From positions 248,001 to 312,000 of IMG/VR virus record IMGVR_UViG_3300043399_000877: a DNA stretch of 64,000 nucleotides. One strand, written 5' to 3'. The notes beneath the pieces were generated by a model. The model was not told where the DNA came from. It worked only from the letters and a program-made list of their open reading frames with translations, and did not search any database. Positions 1-9,638 of the stretch are shown here, one piece after another. Every line of letters starts with the position of its first letter. The first letter of the stretch is position 1. The position numbers were made by a program, and so were the translations under genes.

Positions 1-135
1 AAAATGACAATCTTTTATGTTATCAAGTATCATACACAATTCTATTGCGTGAGTACAGCAATCGGTTGATACGGCATATTTTGCACCAGAAAACTCAGCA
101 AGTTCATCTTCAAATTTTTTAATTTTTTCAAACAT
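1..135 (-). CDS. DegT/DnrJ/EryC1/StrS-family PLP sugar aminotransferase, 5' part only (runs off the window)
   Basis: Not in the ORF track. Manual translation from ATG at 135 gives MFEKIKKFEDELAEFSGAKYAVSTDCCTHAIELCM..., matching the FExxxAxxxGxKYAVxxxxxTxAL N-terminal motif of the DegT family. Confidence 0.75.
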   Translation of the reverse strand, partial: MFEKIKKFEDELAEFSGAKYAVSTDCCTHAIELCMILDNIKDCHF

Positions 136-192
136 ACCATATTTAATACCATAAAATAACACAGTCATAAATAAATGAAAAGGATTTTACAC

Positions 193-1419
193 ATGGATAT
201 AGGGTTTATAGGTCTTGGAAAATTAGGCAAGGCCTGTGCAGAAGTTATTGCAAAAAAAGGATATAATGTAGCTGGTTATGATATAGCGCCGGTTACTAGC
301 GAAGTTGTGGCAGTAAAAAACACCATTAAAGACTGTGTGACTGACCGCGATATAGTATTTGTTGCAGTACCTACACCACATAGTCCAGAATACGATGGTA
401 GATATCCTACAATGCATTTGCCGCCTAAAGATTTTGATTATTCTATTGTAAAGTCGGTGATAACAGAAGCCACCAGTCACATGAATAAAAATCAAATACT
501 GGTGTTAATATCAACAGTGCTTCCCGGAACAGTTCGTAGAGAATTTCAACAATTAGTAAAAAATGTAAAATTCGTGTACAACCCATATTTAATTGCAATG
601 GGGTCTGTCGAGTGGGACATGGTAAATCCAGAGATGGTTATTATTGGAACTGACCACGGGTCGATTACTGATGAAGCTGCGGATCTTATTGATTTTTACA
701 AAAATATTATGGAAAATGACCCGAAGTACCATGTTGGGACCTGGGACGAAGCAGAATGTATAAAGATTTTTTATAATACATGGATTAGCACTAAAATCGG
801 GCTTTCTAATATGATAATGGATGTATCAGAAAGACTTGGAAATATAAATGTAGATATAGTAACAACTGCACTGTCACAAGCATCAATGCGCATTACTGGC
901 CCGCAGTACATGAAAGCTGGTATGGGCGACGGCGGCGCATGTCATCCACGTGACAACATTGCATTGCGTTATTTGGCAAAAGAGCTTGATTTAAAGTACG
1001 ATCTTTTTGACGCCATTATGGGCGCCAGAGAACAACAAGCGTTTAATTTAGCAAATGAGTTAGTAACACACTCACAAAAAAATGGCTATCCAATTTATAT
1101 TCATGGTAAAGCATATAAGCCAAAAGTTTCATATGAAGATGGTAGTTACAGTATTTTGATTGGTGAATATTGTAAAAAATTAGGTGTTGAGCCCAGCTAT
1201 ATTGATCCGTTGACTGGTGACAACAACGTTCCTGTTGGTCCCTGTGTTATTCTGTTGGCCCATTCGCCAAGCACTACCTACAAATATACTAGACAAAACA
1301 ATACTGATGTGTTATATTGTGAAATACCCGATGGCAGTATCGTAGTTGATCCATGGAGATCTTATTATAATGATAGCTGCACAGTTATTCATTATGGAAA
1401 CACTCGAAAAGATGTATGA
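193..1419 (+). CDS. UDP-glucose/GDP-mannose dehydrogenase family protein
   Basis: GFIGLGKLG Rossmann motif, VAVPTP, STVLPGT, KIFYN, catalytic-Cys motif GGACHPRD and GKAYKP. AAGGA RBS precedes ATG 193. Confidence 0.88.
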   Translation: MDIGFIGLGKLGKACAEVIAKKGYNVAGYDIAPVTSEVVAVKNTIKDCVTDRDIVFVAVPTPHSPEYDGRYPTMHLPPKDFDYSIVKSVITEATSHMNKNQILVLISTVLPGTVRREFQQLVKNVKFVYNPYLIAMGSVEWDMVNPEMVIIGTDHGSITDEAADLIDFYKNIMENDPKYHVGTWDEAECIKIFYNTWISTKIGLSNMIMDVSERLGNINVDIVTTALSQASMRITGPQYMKAGMGDGGACHPRDNIALRYLAKELDLKYDLFDAIMGAREQQAFNLANELVTHSQKNGYPIYIHGKAYKPKVSYEDGSYSILIGEYCKKLGVEPSYIDPLTGDNNVPVGPCVILLAHSPSTTYKYTRQNNTDVLYCEIPDGSIVVDPWRSYYNDSCTVIHYGNTRKDV

Positions 1420-3370
1420 TATTTTTTATGTAAGTGAACACGCTCCTTCAGAAGAATACCGTAAGTTAAAACAACGATTCCCTTTTACAAAACTTGTAGC
1501 ATCGTTTGATGATGCAAGGCAACAGTCACTTACTGACTTTTTTTGGGTAGTATGGGACGACTTGATCCCTCTTGAAACTTTTAACTTTGACTACGCCCCA
1601 GATGAGTGGAGCAAGAATTATATTCACTTATTTTTAAATTCGGAACATTATGATGGTATTTCGTTAATTCCAAAACATGCGCAAATAACCAATAAAGAAA
1701 TACAGCATAGATTTTTTATAAATCATAAAAAGGTTGAAATAATTGCAAGTATGCCCAAACCTTTTGACGTGTTTGTAATTGAAGACTACTCAGAGTACGA
1801 ACTTGCTTTTGAAACAACTACGACAGAAATGTTTTGGATGGTTAGTAATAACTTAACATATGACCATCAATTTGTTGAATCTTTCTATATAAGTCATCAC
1901 AACAGGTATGATAGAAATGAAAACCATGCCTTTGTACACGAAGCAAACGAGCAACGATTATACAATGGTATTTTTTTATTATCAAAGAATAAAAAAATAA
2001 GCAAAAGAGAAGTAGATTATCGTTTTTTAATATCTAGAAAAGAATGGGACACAACCGCAAGTGGCCCAGTGCAATATGACATTTTTGAAATAACCACTTA
2101 TGATGATTACCTAAACGCGATGAAAAACTCTAAAACAGAAATGTTTTGGGCAACGCATCCAAGTATACAATTTGTAGACGATTTTGAATTTTTGTATTTT
2201 AGTCATGACAACGACTATGACAGATCGGAAAATCATGCATTTATACACAAAAATGGTGATCAAGAAAGCTACAGCGGGGTCTTTTTGTTCAGTAAAAGGC
2301 GCCCAGTTTCAAATCGTGAAATAACCTATAGATTTTTAATAAATGCAAAGCAATGGGATTTGGTGGCAAGTGAACCAAAAATATATGACAGTTTTTATAC
2401 AAAATCTTACAAAGATTATCTAAATGCACTAGAATCAACAAAAACTGAAATGTTTTGGATAATCCCACCACATGTAGAGTTGCCATCTACTTTTGATTTT
2501 AAGTATTTTGTTGATTTAAAAAACGAGCACTCTCGAACAAACACCCATGTATTCTTAAATGGAAAATATTATGATGGGGTTATGTTGTCAACCAAACATA
2601 GGCCATTAACTCAACATGAATATGATTATAATTTTGTAGCAAATAGGATTGAAGTAGAGCATCCTAAGCTACAGACTACCCCGAAGTCTTTTGATATAAT
2701 TTTCATAAGTTACCAAGAACCTAATGCAGATGAGAATTATAAAAATTTAAAATCCAGATTTCCGCATGCAAAACGAGTACACGGCGTAAAAGGCATCCAC
2801 CAAGCTCATATTGAAGCTGCGAAATTGTGTGAAACTGACATGTTTTGGATTGTGGACGGTGATGCAATTGTTGTAGATGATTTCAATTTTGATTATCAAG
2901 TTCCAAAATGGGAATTTGATACGGTTCATGTTTGGAGATCGGTAAACCCAATAAATGATTTGGTATACGGCTACGGTGGCATAAAGCTATTTCCAAGAAA
3001 ATTAACTATAGAAATGGACACGTCAAAGCCAGACATGACTACTAGCATAAGTAAAAAATTCAAAGCTATGAGTTATATTTCAAATATAACCGGATTTAAC
3101 ACTGACCCGTTTAACACCTGGAAGAGTGCGTTTAGGGAATGTTGTAAATTGGCTAGCAGAACTATTGATAGACAAAAAGAAGATGAAACGTCACAAAGAT
3201 TAGCCACGTGGTGCTCAGTTGGAACCGATAAACCTTATGGCAAATATGCGTTGGACGGTGCAAGGTTGGGATCTATGTATGGAACTCAAAATTCAAATAA
3301 TACTGAGCTTTTGAAAAAAATTAATGATTTTGAATGGTTAAAAGAGCAATTTGATGCTAGAAATTTATGA
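1412..3370 (+). CDS. Tandem-repeat GT-A-like glycosyltransferase (4 degenerate repeats plus an intact C-terminal domain)
   Basis: Five ~100-115 aa units (YDIF...TEMFW...H.F...Y.G..L..K). The last unit has WIVDGD (DxD) and GYGGIKLFP. Confidence 0.65.
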   Translation: MYDIFYVSEHAPSEEYRKLKQRFPFTKLVASFDDARQQSLTDFFWVVWDDLIPLETFNFDYAPDEWSKNYIHLFLNSEHYDGISLIPKHAQITNKEIQHRFFINHKKVEIIASMPKPFDVFVIEDYSEYELAFETTTTEMFWMVSNNLTYDHQFVESFYISHHNRYDRNENHAFVHEANEQRLYNGIFLLSKNKKISKREVDYRFLISRKEWDTTASGPVQYDIFEITTYDDYLNAMKNSKTEMFWATHPSIQFVDDFEFLYFSHDNDYDRSENHAFIHKNGDQESYSGVFLFSKRRPVSNREITYRFLINAKQWDLVASEPKIYDSFYTKSYKDYLNALESTKTEMFWIIPPHVELPSTFDFKYFVDLKNEHSRTNTHVFLNGKYYDGVMLSTKHRPLTQHEYDYNFVANRIEVEHPKLQTTPKSFDIIFISYQEPNADENYKNLKSRFPHAKRVHGVKGIHQAHIEAAKLCETDMFWIVDGDAIVVDDFNFDYQVPKWEFDTVHVWRSVNPINDLVYGYGGIKLFPRKLTIEMDTSKPDMTTSISKKFKAMSYISNITGFNTDPFNTWKSAFRECCKLASRTIDRQKEDETSQRLATWCSVGTDKPYGKYALDGARLGSMYGTQNSNNTELLKKINDFEWLKEQFDARNL

Positions 3371-4199
3371 ACTATTAGACAGATTTGAGATACTGTATCC
3401 CAATAATTCAAAAATTATTGACTTACGTCGATCCTACATCGATCGTGACTTGTCAAGTATTTTTAGGATTGTAACAGATTCGAATAAAGAAGATTTGCGA
3501 AAACTAATATTAGAAAATAATATCTGGAAGTTATGGAATATATTATATGAATTTAAAGACACGCAGTTTGTAAGTGCATTTAAGCAATTAACCATATCCG
3601 AAACTGCCTACGACAAAGACTGTTTTAGTCGCGGCCAGTTGCAAAGTAAGCAATGGTTAGTATCAGAAATCAAAAATCTTAATTTGGATTTGGGTACAGT
3701 TTTTTTGTGTGCTGGGTGGTATGCAACTCTTGCTGTCATGATTTTTGAAAGCGGAATAAAAGTAGACAAGATAAGAAGTTTCGATATAGACCCAACGACT
3801 GTTGCAATAGCAGAAGTTTTTAATAAACCGTGGTTTGTTGATCAATGGAGGTTTAAAGCAATAGTTGATGACATATTTAACATAAATTATGATTCGCATA
3901 CTTGGCAATTTTGGAGCAATGCAAATAACCGTATGAGCTATCCAATAACTGACGTTCCGGATACAATAATAAATACCAGTTGCGAACACATTAAAGATTT
4001 TGATTTATGGTATAAAAAGATACCAGAAAACAAATTAATAATTCTGCAAGGAAACAATTATTTTGAGGTTGAAGAGCACGTAAATTGTTCAAAAGACTTA
4101 GCCGAGTTTAGTAAAAAAGCACCTATGAATAAAGTATTATACGAGGGTGAGCTTGAGCTTCCAAAATATAAAAGGTTTATGAAAATTGGATTTAAGTAA
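3354..4199 (+). CDS. Class I SAM-dependent methyltransferase-like protein
   Basis: FLCAGWYA motif I-like loop, IRSFDIDP acidic strand, INTSCEH. Confidence 0.6.
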   Translation: MLEIYELLDRFEILYPNNSKIIDLRRSYIDRDLSSIFRIVTDSNKEDLRKLILENNIWKLWNILYEFKDTQFVSAFKQLTISETAYDKDCFSRGQLQSKQWLVSEIKNLNLDLGTVFLCAGWYATLAVMIFESGIKVDKIRSFDIDPTTVAIAEVFNKPWFVDQWRFKAIVDDIFNINYDSHTWQFWSNANNRMSYPITDVPDTIINTSCEHIKDFDLWYKKIPENKLIILQGNNYFEVEEHVNCSKDLAEFSKKAPMNKVLYEGELELPKYKRFMKIGFK

Positions 4200-4410
4200 A
4201 TTATCATTAAGAGAATTGCAAAAAGAAAGCGCAAGGGCCTTGATGACTATGCAAGCTACAAATAACAATATATGGAAGTTTAACTCCCAAGCACATCATA
4301 ATAGCCAAAATTGGTACTGTGCAGTAATTAATTGGTACGTTGAGCAATATGGTGACTTGCCCAGTCGAGTTGGCCCTGGAAAGGACATAAAGTTAATACA
4401 AGATGTATGA
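4186..4410 (+). CDS. Small hypothetical protein (74 aa), Trp/Asn-rich
   Basis: ORF overlaps both neighbours, as in an operon. No family recognised. Confidence 0.6.
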   Translation: MDLSKLSLRELQKESARALMTMQATNNNIWKFNSQAHHNSQNWYCAVINWYVEQYGDLPSRVGPGKDIKLIQDV

Positions 4411-5479
4411 TTATAAAAATATAAAAACAATTCACTTGGAAGTTACTCAAAATTGCCAAGCAAGTTGCCCTATGTGCGATCGCAATCAAAACGGTGGAGC
4501 ATTAAATCCACATATAGATTTATCCGAGTTAACACTAGAAGACTGTAAAAACATATTTCTTCCTGATTTCGTAAAACAATTAAAGACCATGTACATGTGT
4601 GGGAATCTGGGCGATCCTATTGTTGCTCGCGATACCTTAGAAATATTTAGGTATTTTAGACAGCATAATCCCACTATGTGGCTGTCAATGAATACAAATG
4701 CAGGAGCAAGAGATGCCGATTGGTGGAAGGAACTTGCTAACATTTATGGACGCATGGGAACAGTTATTTTTAGTGTAGATGGATTATCAGACACAAATCA
4801 TATTTATAGGCAGGGAGTAAACTGGAATGCAGTTCAGCGATCCATGCAAAGTTTTATCGGTGCTGGTGGTAGAGCCAGGTGGGATTTTTTAATTTTTGAT
4901 CATAACCAACATCAGGTTGAAGAAGCTGAAGCATTATCAAAGCAATGGGGTTTTGAAAAATTCGTTGCTAAAAAAACTGGAAGATTTGTAACTTCTAACG
5001 TGCAACCGAAAGAAACTCATCAAGCAGTTAATCGAAAAGGCGAAACAACTGTTGAACTTAAAAAACCCGAAGAAAAATTTGTAAATTCCGCTTTAAAAAA
5101 ACAAGATTCTATTATTAGCAAATATGGAAGCATGGAAGAATATTATGATGCTGCACCTATTGTTTGCAAAGTAAAAGACGAGGGAAGTTTGTTTATCACT
5201 GCTGAGGGGTTGGCCCTACCGTGTTGCTGGACAGCCGGTCGGATGTATAAATGGTGGCACAAAGATCCCCACGTTGAACAAATATGGGATTTTATAAATG
5301 CAGTTGGCGGAAAATCAGCACTCGATGCTAAAAATGGATTAGAGAACGTTTTTAAAACAGGCATATTTGATCTAATAGAAAACAGTTGGAGCAAGCCAAG
5401 TTGTAAAGATGGAAAGTTAAAAGTGTGTTCAGTAAAATGTGGTACTGAGTTCGATCCTTTTAGTGAACAGTTTAAATAA
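4403..5479 (+). CDS. Radical SAM enzyme with C-terminal twitch/SPASM-type Cys cluster
   Basis: CQASCPMC, MCGNLGDP, TNAG, FSVDG. C-terminal C...PCC...CSVKC. Confidence 0.92.
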   Translation: MYDYKNIKTIHLEVTQNCQASCPMCDRNQNGGALNPHIDLSELTLEDCKNIFLPDFVKQLKTMYMCGNLGDPIVARDTLEIFRYFRQHNPTMWLSMNTNAGARDADWWKELANIYGRMGTVIFSVDGLSDTNHIYRQGVNWNAVQRSMQSFIGAGGRARWDFLIFDHNQHQVEEAEALSKQWGFEKFVAKKTGRFVTSNVQPKETHQAVNRKGETTVELKKPEEKFVNSALKKQDSIISKYGSMEEYYDAAPIVCKVKDEGSLFITAEGLALPCCWTAGRMYKWWHKDPHVEQIWDFINAVGGKSALDAKNGLENVFKTGIFDLIENSWSKPSCKDGKLKVCSVKCGTEFDPFSEQFK

Positions 5480-5489
5480 TGGATACACA

Positions 5490-6500
5490 ATGGCAAAGTA
5501 TTATGATTACAATGATATAAATTTTATTGATCTTGAAATGACAAATTTTTGCAATGCGTCATGTGGTGCTTGTGATAGAAATATTAATGGTGGTGAAGTT
5601 AGGCAAGGTCTCAAATTAAGCCATATGACTGACGGCACGTGGGATGCTTTTATTTCTAATGATAATTTAAAAAATATTAAAAAAATAACACTCGATGGTA
5701 ATGTGGGTGATGCTAGTATGCATCCAAATTTAATTAACATGCTAGACAAACTTGCTGGCGTCAATCCAAATTTATTTTTAGAAGTAAGAACAAACGGGGG
5801 AGCAAGAACTCCGCAATTTTGGAAAGACCTTTCTGCTGTTTTAAAAAGATTTAAAAGTCATAGGGTAACATTTGCAATTGACGGGCTAGAAGATACAAAT
5901 CACATTTATAGAAGAAACGTAAATTGGGAAAAACTTATAGAAAATGTAAACGCTTTTAATGAAGACCCCAGCAGTGTATCAATTTGGAGATGCATTATTT
6001 TTGATCATAACAAGCATCAAATAGATGATATGATAAATTTAGCAAATAACTTGGGATTTTCAGGATATAAAACTCAAAGAAATAGGGTAACTCCAATAAC
6101 CCTTCAGTCATACAAAAAATTACCTGGCGGTGTTATTACTTCGCCAACCCGCGCCGAATTTATAGAAAAATACAATTTATATAAACAATTTAAAGATAAT
6201 TATAAAATAACAGAAATTGAAAATGTATACGACACAGCATATGATTGCCCATTTGGTCAACAAAGATTAGTATCGATGGATGTAGATGGAAAAGTGTGGC
6301 CTTGTTGCCACATATACAGTAATTATATCGTTAAATATACTAAATTCCCGTGGGAAGTATGGGAAGATAACATTGACATAAACACTAGAGATTTAAAACA
6401 AATTTTGCAGTTCATACAGGAAACACTTTATGACAACTGGGAAAAAGACGAAAATGTAATATGTAAAAACTGTTCAAGTAGGACAAATTCTGCTTTATAA
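5490..6500 (+). CDS. Radical SAM enzyme with C-terminal twitch/SPASM cluster
   Basis: CNASCGAC, GNVGD, TNGG, FAIDG. C-terminal CPFG...PCC...CKNC. Confidence 0.92.
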   Translation: MAKYYDYNDINFIDLEMTNFCNASCGACDRNINGGEVRQGLKLSHMTDGTWDAFISNDNLKNIKKITLDGNVGDASMHPNLINMLDKLAGVNPNLFLEVRTNGGARTPQFWKDLSAVLKRFKSHRVTFAIDGLEDTNHIYRRNVNWEKLIENVNAFNEDPSSVSIWRCIIFDHNKHQIDDMINLANNLGFSGYKTQRNRVTPITLQSYKKLPGGVITSPTRAEFIEKYNLYKQFKDNYKITEIENVYDTAYDCPFGQQRLVSMDVDGKVWPCCHIYSNYIVKYTKFPWEVWEDNIDINTRDLKQILQFIQETLYDNWEKDENVICKNCSSRTNSAL

Positions 6501-6508
6501 TTAAAAAT

Positions 6509-7528
6509 ATGATAAATCTTTACAAATTTGAAACAATAAAAAAAATTGAAATTGACTGCACATCATTTTGTAATGCGTTTTGCGGCGCATGTGACAGGAA
6601 CATTCGTGGTGGACGAAACGTAGACGAGATAACCCTGGCACACTTGTCATTAGATAATTGGTATAAGTTAATTACTAAGGAAAATTTACAATTTGTTAAT
6701 GAAATAATTTTCAATGGAAATTTTGGAGATTTTAGTATGCATCCAAAATTTATAGAAATGATGGAGTATCTTGCTACTGTTAAAACTGACATTTATATTA
6801 ATTTAAACACAAATGGCGGCGCCCGCGATCCCGTATTTTGGAGTAATTTGGCAACTGTATTACAAAAATTTTCTAAACATGATGTTAAGTTTGGTATTGA
6901 TGGGTTAGAAGATACTCATGATTTGTATCGTAGGGGGATACTTTGGAAAAAACGAGTTGAAAATTTAAAAGCATTTAATGATTGTGGTGGTAATAGTATA
7001 TGGAAATGTATAGTGTTTGACTATAATATTAGCCAATTAGACGACATCAGCAACTTTGCAAAAAATATAGGATGTATGGCTTTTCAGACAAATCGTAATA
7101 GATCAATACCACTCGAGATGGACGAATACAAATCTTTCCCCAAAATGTCGCTAACATCGCCAACCTTAAGTGAATTTAACGAAAAATATAAAAGAAAAGA
7201 TGTTTTTAAAAAACAAGTGAGTACGCCGATTACGGGAGCAACACCCACTGCGTATGGGAAATTTCATTGTCCGTATGCATCAGAGGGAATGATACAAGTT
7301 GACCCTTGGGGTAATATTTGGCCTTGTTGCTATATAAGTGGTAGACAAATAGATAGAAAAACTAATTTTGATTATAATAAGTATTTTGAAAAAAATAATA
7401 TTTCGACATCAACCTTTATAGAAATATTAGATATTTTTAGAGAAGATTTGTACAATGCCTGGGAACAACAGTCTATTGACGTATGTAATAATTGTTCTGG
7501 CATTAAAAAACCAACACCGGTATATTAA
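6509..7528 (+). CDS. Radical SAM enzyme with C-terminal twitch/SPASM cluster (paralog of 5490-6500)
   Basis: CNAFCGAC, GNFGD, TNGG, FGIDG. C-terminal CPYA...PCC...CNNC. Confidence 0.92.
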   Translation: MINLYKFETIKKIEIDCTSFCNAFCGACDRNIRGGRNVDEITLAHLSLDNWYKLITKENLQFVNEIIFNGNFGDFSMHPKFIEMMEYLATVKTDIYINLNTNGGARDPVFWSNLATVLQKFSKHDVKFGIDGLEDTHDLYRRGILWKKRVENLKAFNDCGGNSIWKCIVFDYNISQLDDISNFAKNIGCMAFQTNRNRSIPLEMDEYKSFPKMSLTSPTLSEFNEKYKRKDVFKKQVSTPITGATPTAYGKFHCPYASEGMIQVDPWGNIWPCCYISGRQIDRKTNFDYNKYFEKNNISTSTFIEILDIFREDLYNAWEQQSIDVCNNCSGIKKPTPVY

Positions 7529-7530
7529 AA

Positions 7531-8655
7531 ATGAACACATATTGTAATTTAGCAAATACGGGACTTTATGTTTCTATAAAGGGAGATATAAGTCATTGTT
7601 GTATACAAAAAAACAGACAAAAAATCGACCTTGGCAATTATACTGATGCAAGCGAATTTTATAAAGAAAACTCGCATCTGTCATCAATACGACAGGACTT
7701 AAATCATAAAAATATAAAAAACTCTGCATGTCAAAATTGCTGGAAGGTCGAAGAATCTGGGTTAGCAAGCAAACGACAGCGCGAAAATGAATTAGAAACA
7801 ACTTCTGAAACAGAACTGCGTCACTTAGACTTAAGACTTACAAATAAGTGTAATTTGCAATGTAGAATGTGTTCTCCTACCGAAAGCAGTCAAATTGAAA
7901 AATTGGCTTACGAGTTAAACGATCCCATATTAATGCAATTTTCAAAAAATAAATTAACTGATTATGTTGATTTGTCAACTTTTCTAAATAGCTTTTTAAA
8001 CGTTAAAACATTAAAAACGATTCGGTTTGCAGGTGGTGAGCCATTTATAATGGAAGAAGTTAATGAGTTTTTGTCAAAGTTAATTGAAAATAACATGACA
8101 GATCTTGAAATTGAGTTTATAACCAATTGTACTAGTGCAAGAACGCAAGTAATTAATAAGTTGGAAAAATTTAAAAGAGTTGTGTTGGGTTGCAGTATCG
8201 ACGGTGTGGAAGATGAATTCGAGTATCAAAGGTATCCTGCAAAGTGGTCATCAGTTGAAAAAAACTTTATAAAATTTTATAATAGCAAGCTTCATGTAAA
8301 CATAACACCGTGTATAAGCTTTCTTACATATCAGACTTTGGATAAATTTTTTAATTGGGCCAATCAGTTTCCTAACGCAAGGGTTTTTTATAACGAAGTT
8401 GAACAAAGTTTTATGGACTTTAGGCTGATCCCAATTGAGCATAGACAAGATTTTATAAGTAAATTTAAAGATATAAAATTTGCAAATGCGCAAAATAATT
8501 GGATACAATTTCAAAAAAAATTAATGTATGAAGAAAAAACATTGACCGACGAAGATAAAAAACTTTTAATACACTATATTAAGATATGGGATTACAAGAC
8601 AAACAAGAAATTTTTAGAATCGTATCCGTGGGCAGAAAAATTAATAAATGAATAA
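7531..8655 (+). CDS. Radical SAM enzyme with N-terminal twitch/SPASM-like cluster
   Basis: N-terminal YC...HCC...CQNC, then CNLQCRMC, GGEPF, TN, SIDG. Confidence 0.92.
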   Translation: MNTYCNLANTGLYVSIKGDISHCCIQKNRQKIDLGNYTDASEFYKENSHLSSIRQDLNHKNIKNSACQNCWKVEESGLASKRQRENELETTSETELRHLDLRLTNKCNLQCRMCSPTESSQIEKLAYELNDPILMQFSKNKLTDYVDLSTFLNSFLNVKTLKTIRFAGGEPFIMEEVNEFLSKLIENNMTDLEIEFITNCTSARTQVINKLEKFKRVVLGCSIDGVEDEFEYQRYPAKWSSVEKNFIKFYNSKLHVNITPCISFLTYQTLDKFFNWANQFPNARVFYNEVEQSFMDFRLIPIEHRQDFISKFKDIKFANAQNNWIQFQKKLMYEEKTLTDEDKKLLIHYIKIWDYKTNKKFLESYPWAEKLINE

Positions 8656-9604
8656 ACTCTATAAGATAGAAACAGTAAACAATATTTTAGTAGTAGATTG
8701 GATATTATCCAATGTGTGTAACTACAAGTGTAGCTACTGCGGTCCCGACAGTAATGGTGGCGACCAGTATTGGCCGGATATTGAAAATTGCGAAATAGCA
8801 ATAAAGAAAATAACAGAGCAAAGCACTCACGATTACCGAATTTACACAATACTCGGCGGAGAACCAACCGTATGGAAAAATTTTACTAAATTAGCACAGA
8901 TAATAAAAGAAAACGACCCAAATAGTTTAGTAAACATTTTAACGAATGCCTCAAGAACTATAAATTGGTGGAATAGAACAAAGCCGTTTTTAGATAAAGT
9001 ATCAATAAGTTTTCATCACGAGAGTGCAAATGTAGACCACGTAATCGATGTGGTTAATAATATAAAAACCGATTGTCAAACAAACATACAATTGCTGATG
9101 GACATAAATCATTTTGATAAGTGTGTTGGAATTTTTGAAAAACTCAGAGACAACACCGACGTTCCAATTCAAATAAAAAAGTTACAGATTGAGTTTGGTA
9201 AGCATCAATGGATGCCATATACTGAAGATCAAAAAAAACTAATGATAGAATTGCATATGCAAACGTCCGGTAGACCAACCTCAAAAAGAAATAAGACAAG
9301 TTTGGGAATAAATTGTTTTTATGATGATGGTACAGTTGTGCGACAGGGAAACCATGAGTTGATACAGAAAGGTTTAAATAAATTTTATAACTGGAAGTGC
9401 AACATTGGGCAAGACTTGCTTGTGATAAAACCTAATGGAAATATAATACCAGCAAATGCCTGTAATAATCACATGGTGATAGGAAACATTAAGACAGACC
9501 CTGAAAACATCAAGTTGCTTACTGAAAGTGTTATTTGCAAATATAATGAATGCACTTGTGGTAGTGATATTGAAATAACAAAAATTGCACCCTCTATCAT
9601 ATAA
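8648..9604 (+). CDS. Radical SAM enzyme with C-terminal Cys cluster
   Basis: CNYKCSYC, LGGEPT, ISFH. C-terminal WKCNIG...C...CKYNECTC. Confidence 0.92.
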   Translation: MNKLYKIETVNNILVVDWILSNVCNYKCSYCGPDSNGGDQYWPDIENCEIAIKKITEQSTHDYRIYTILGGEPTVWKNFTKLAQIIKENDPNSLVNILTNASRTINWWNRTKPFLDKVSISFHHESANVDHVIDVVNNIKTDCQTNIQLLMDINHFDKCVGIFEKLRDNTDVPIQIKKLQIEFGKHQWMPYTEDQKKLMIELHMQTSGRPTSKRNKTSLGINCFYDDGTVVRQGNHELIQKGLNKFYNWKCNIGQDLLVIKPNGNIIPANACNNHMVIGNIKTDPENIKLLTESVICKYNECTCGSDIEITKIAPSII

Positions 9605-9638
9605 CAATATCTAAAAATAGCTAAACAATAAATATTGC

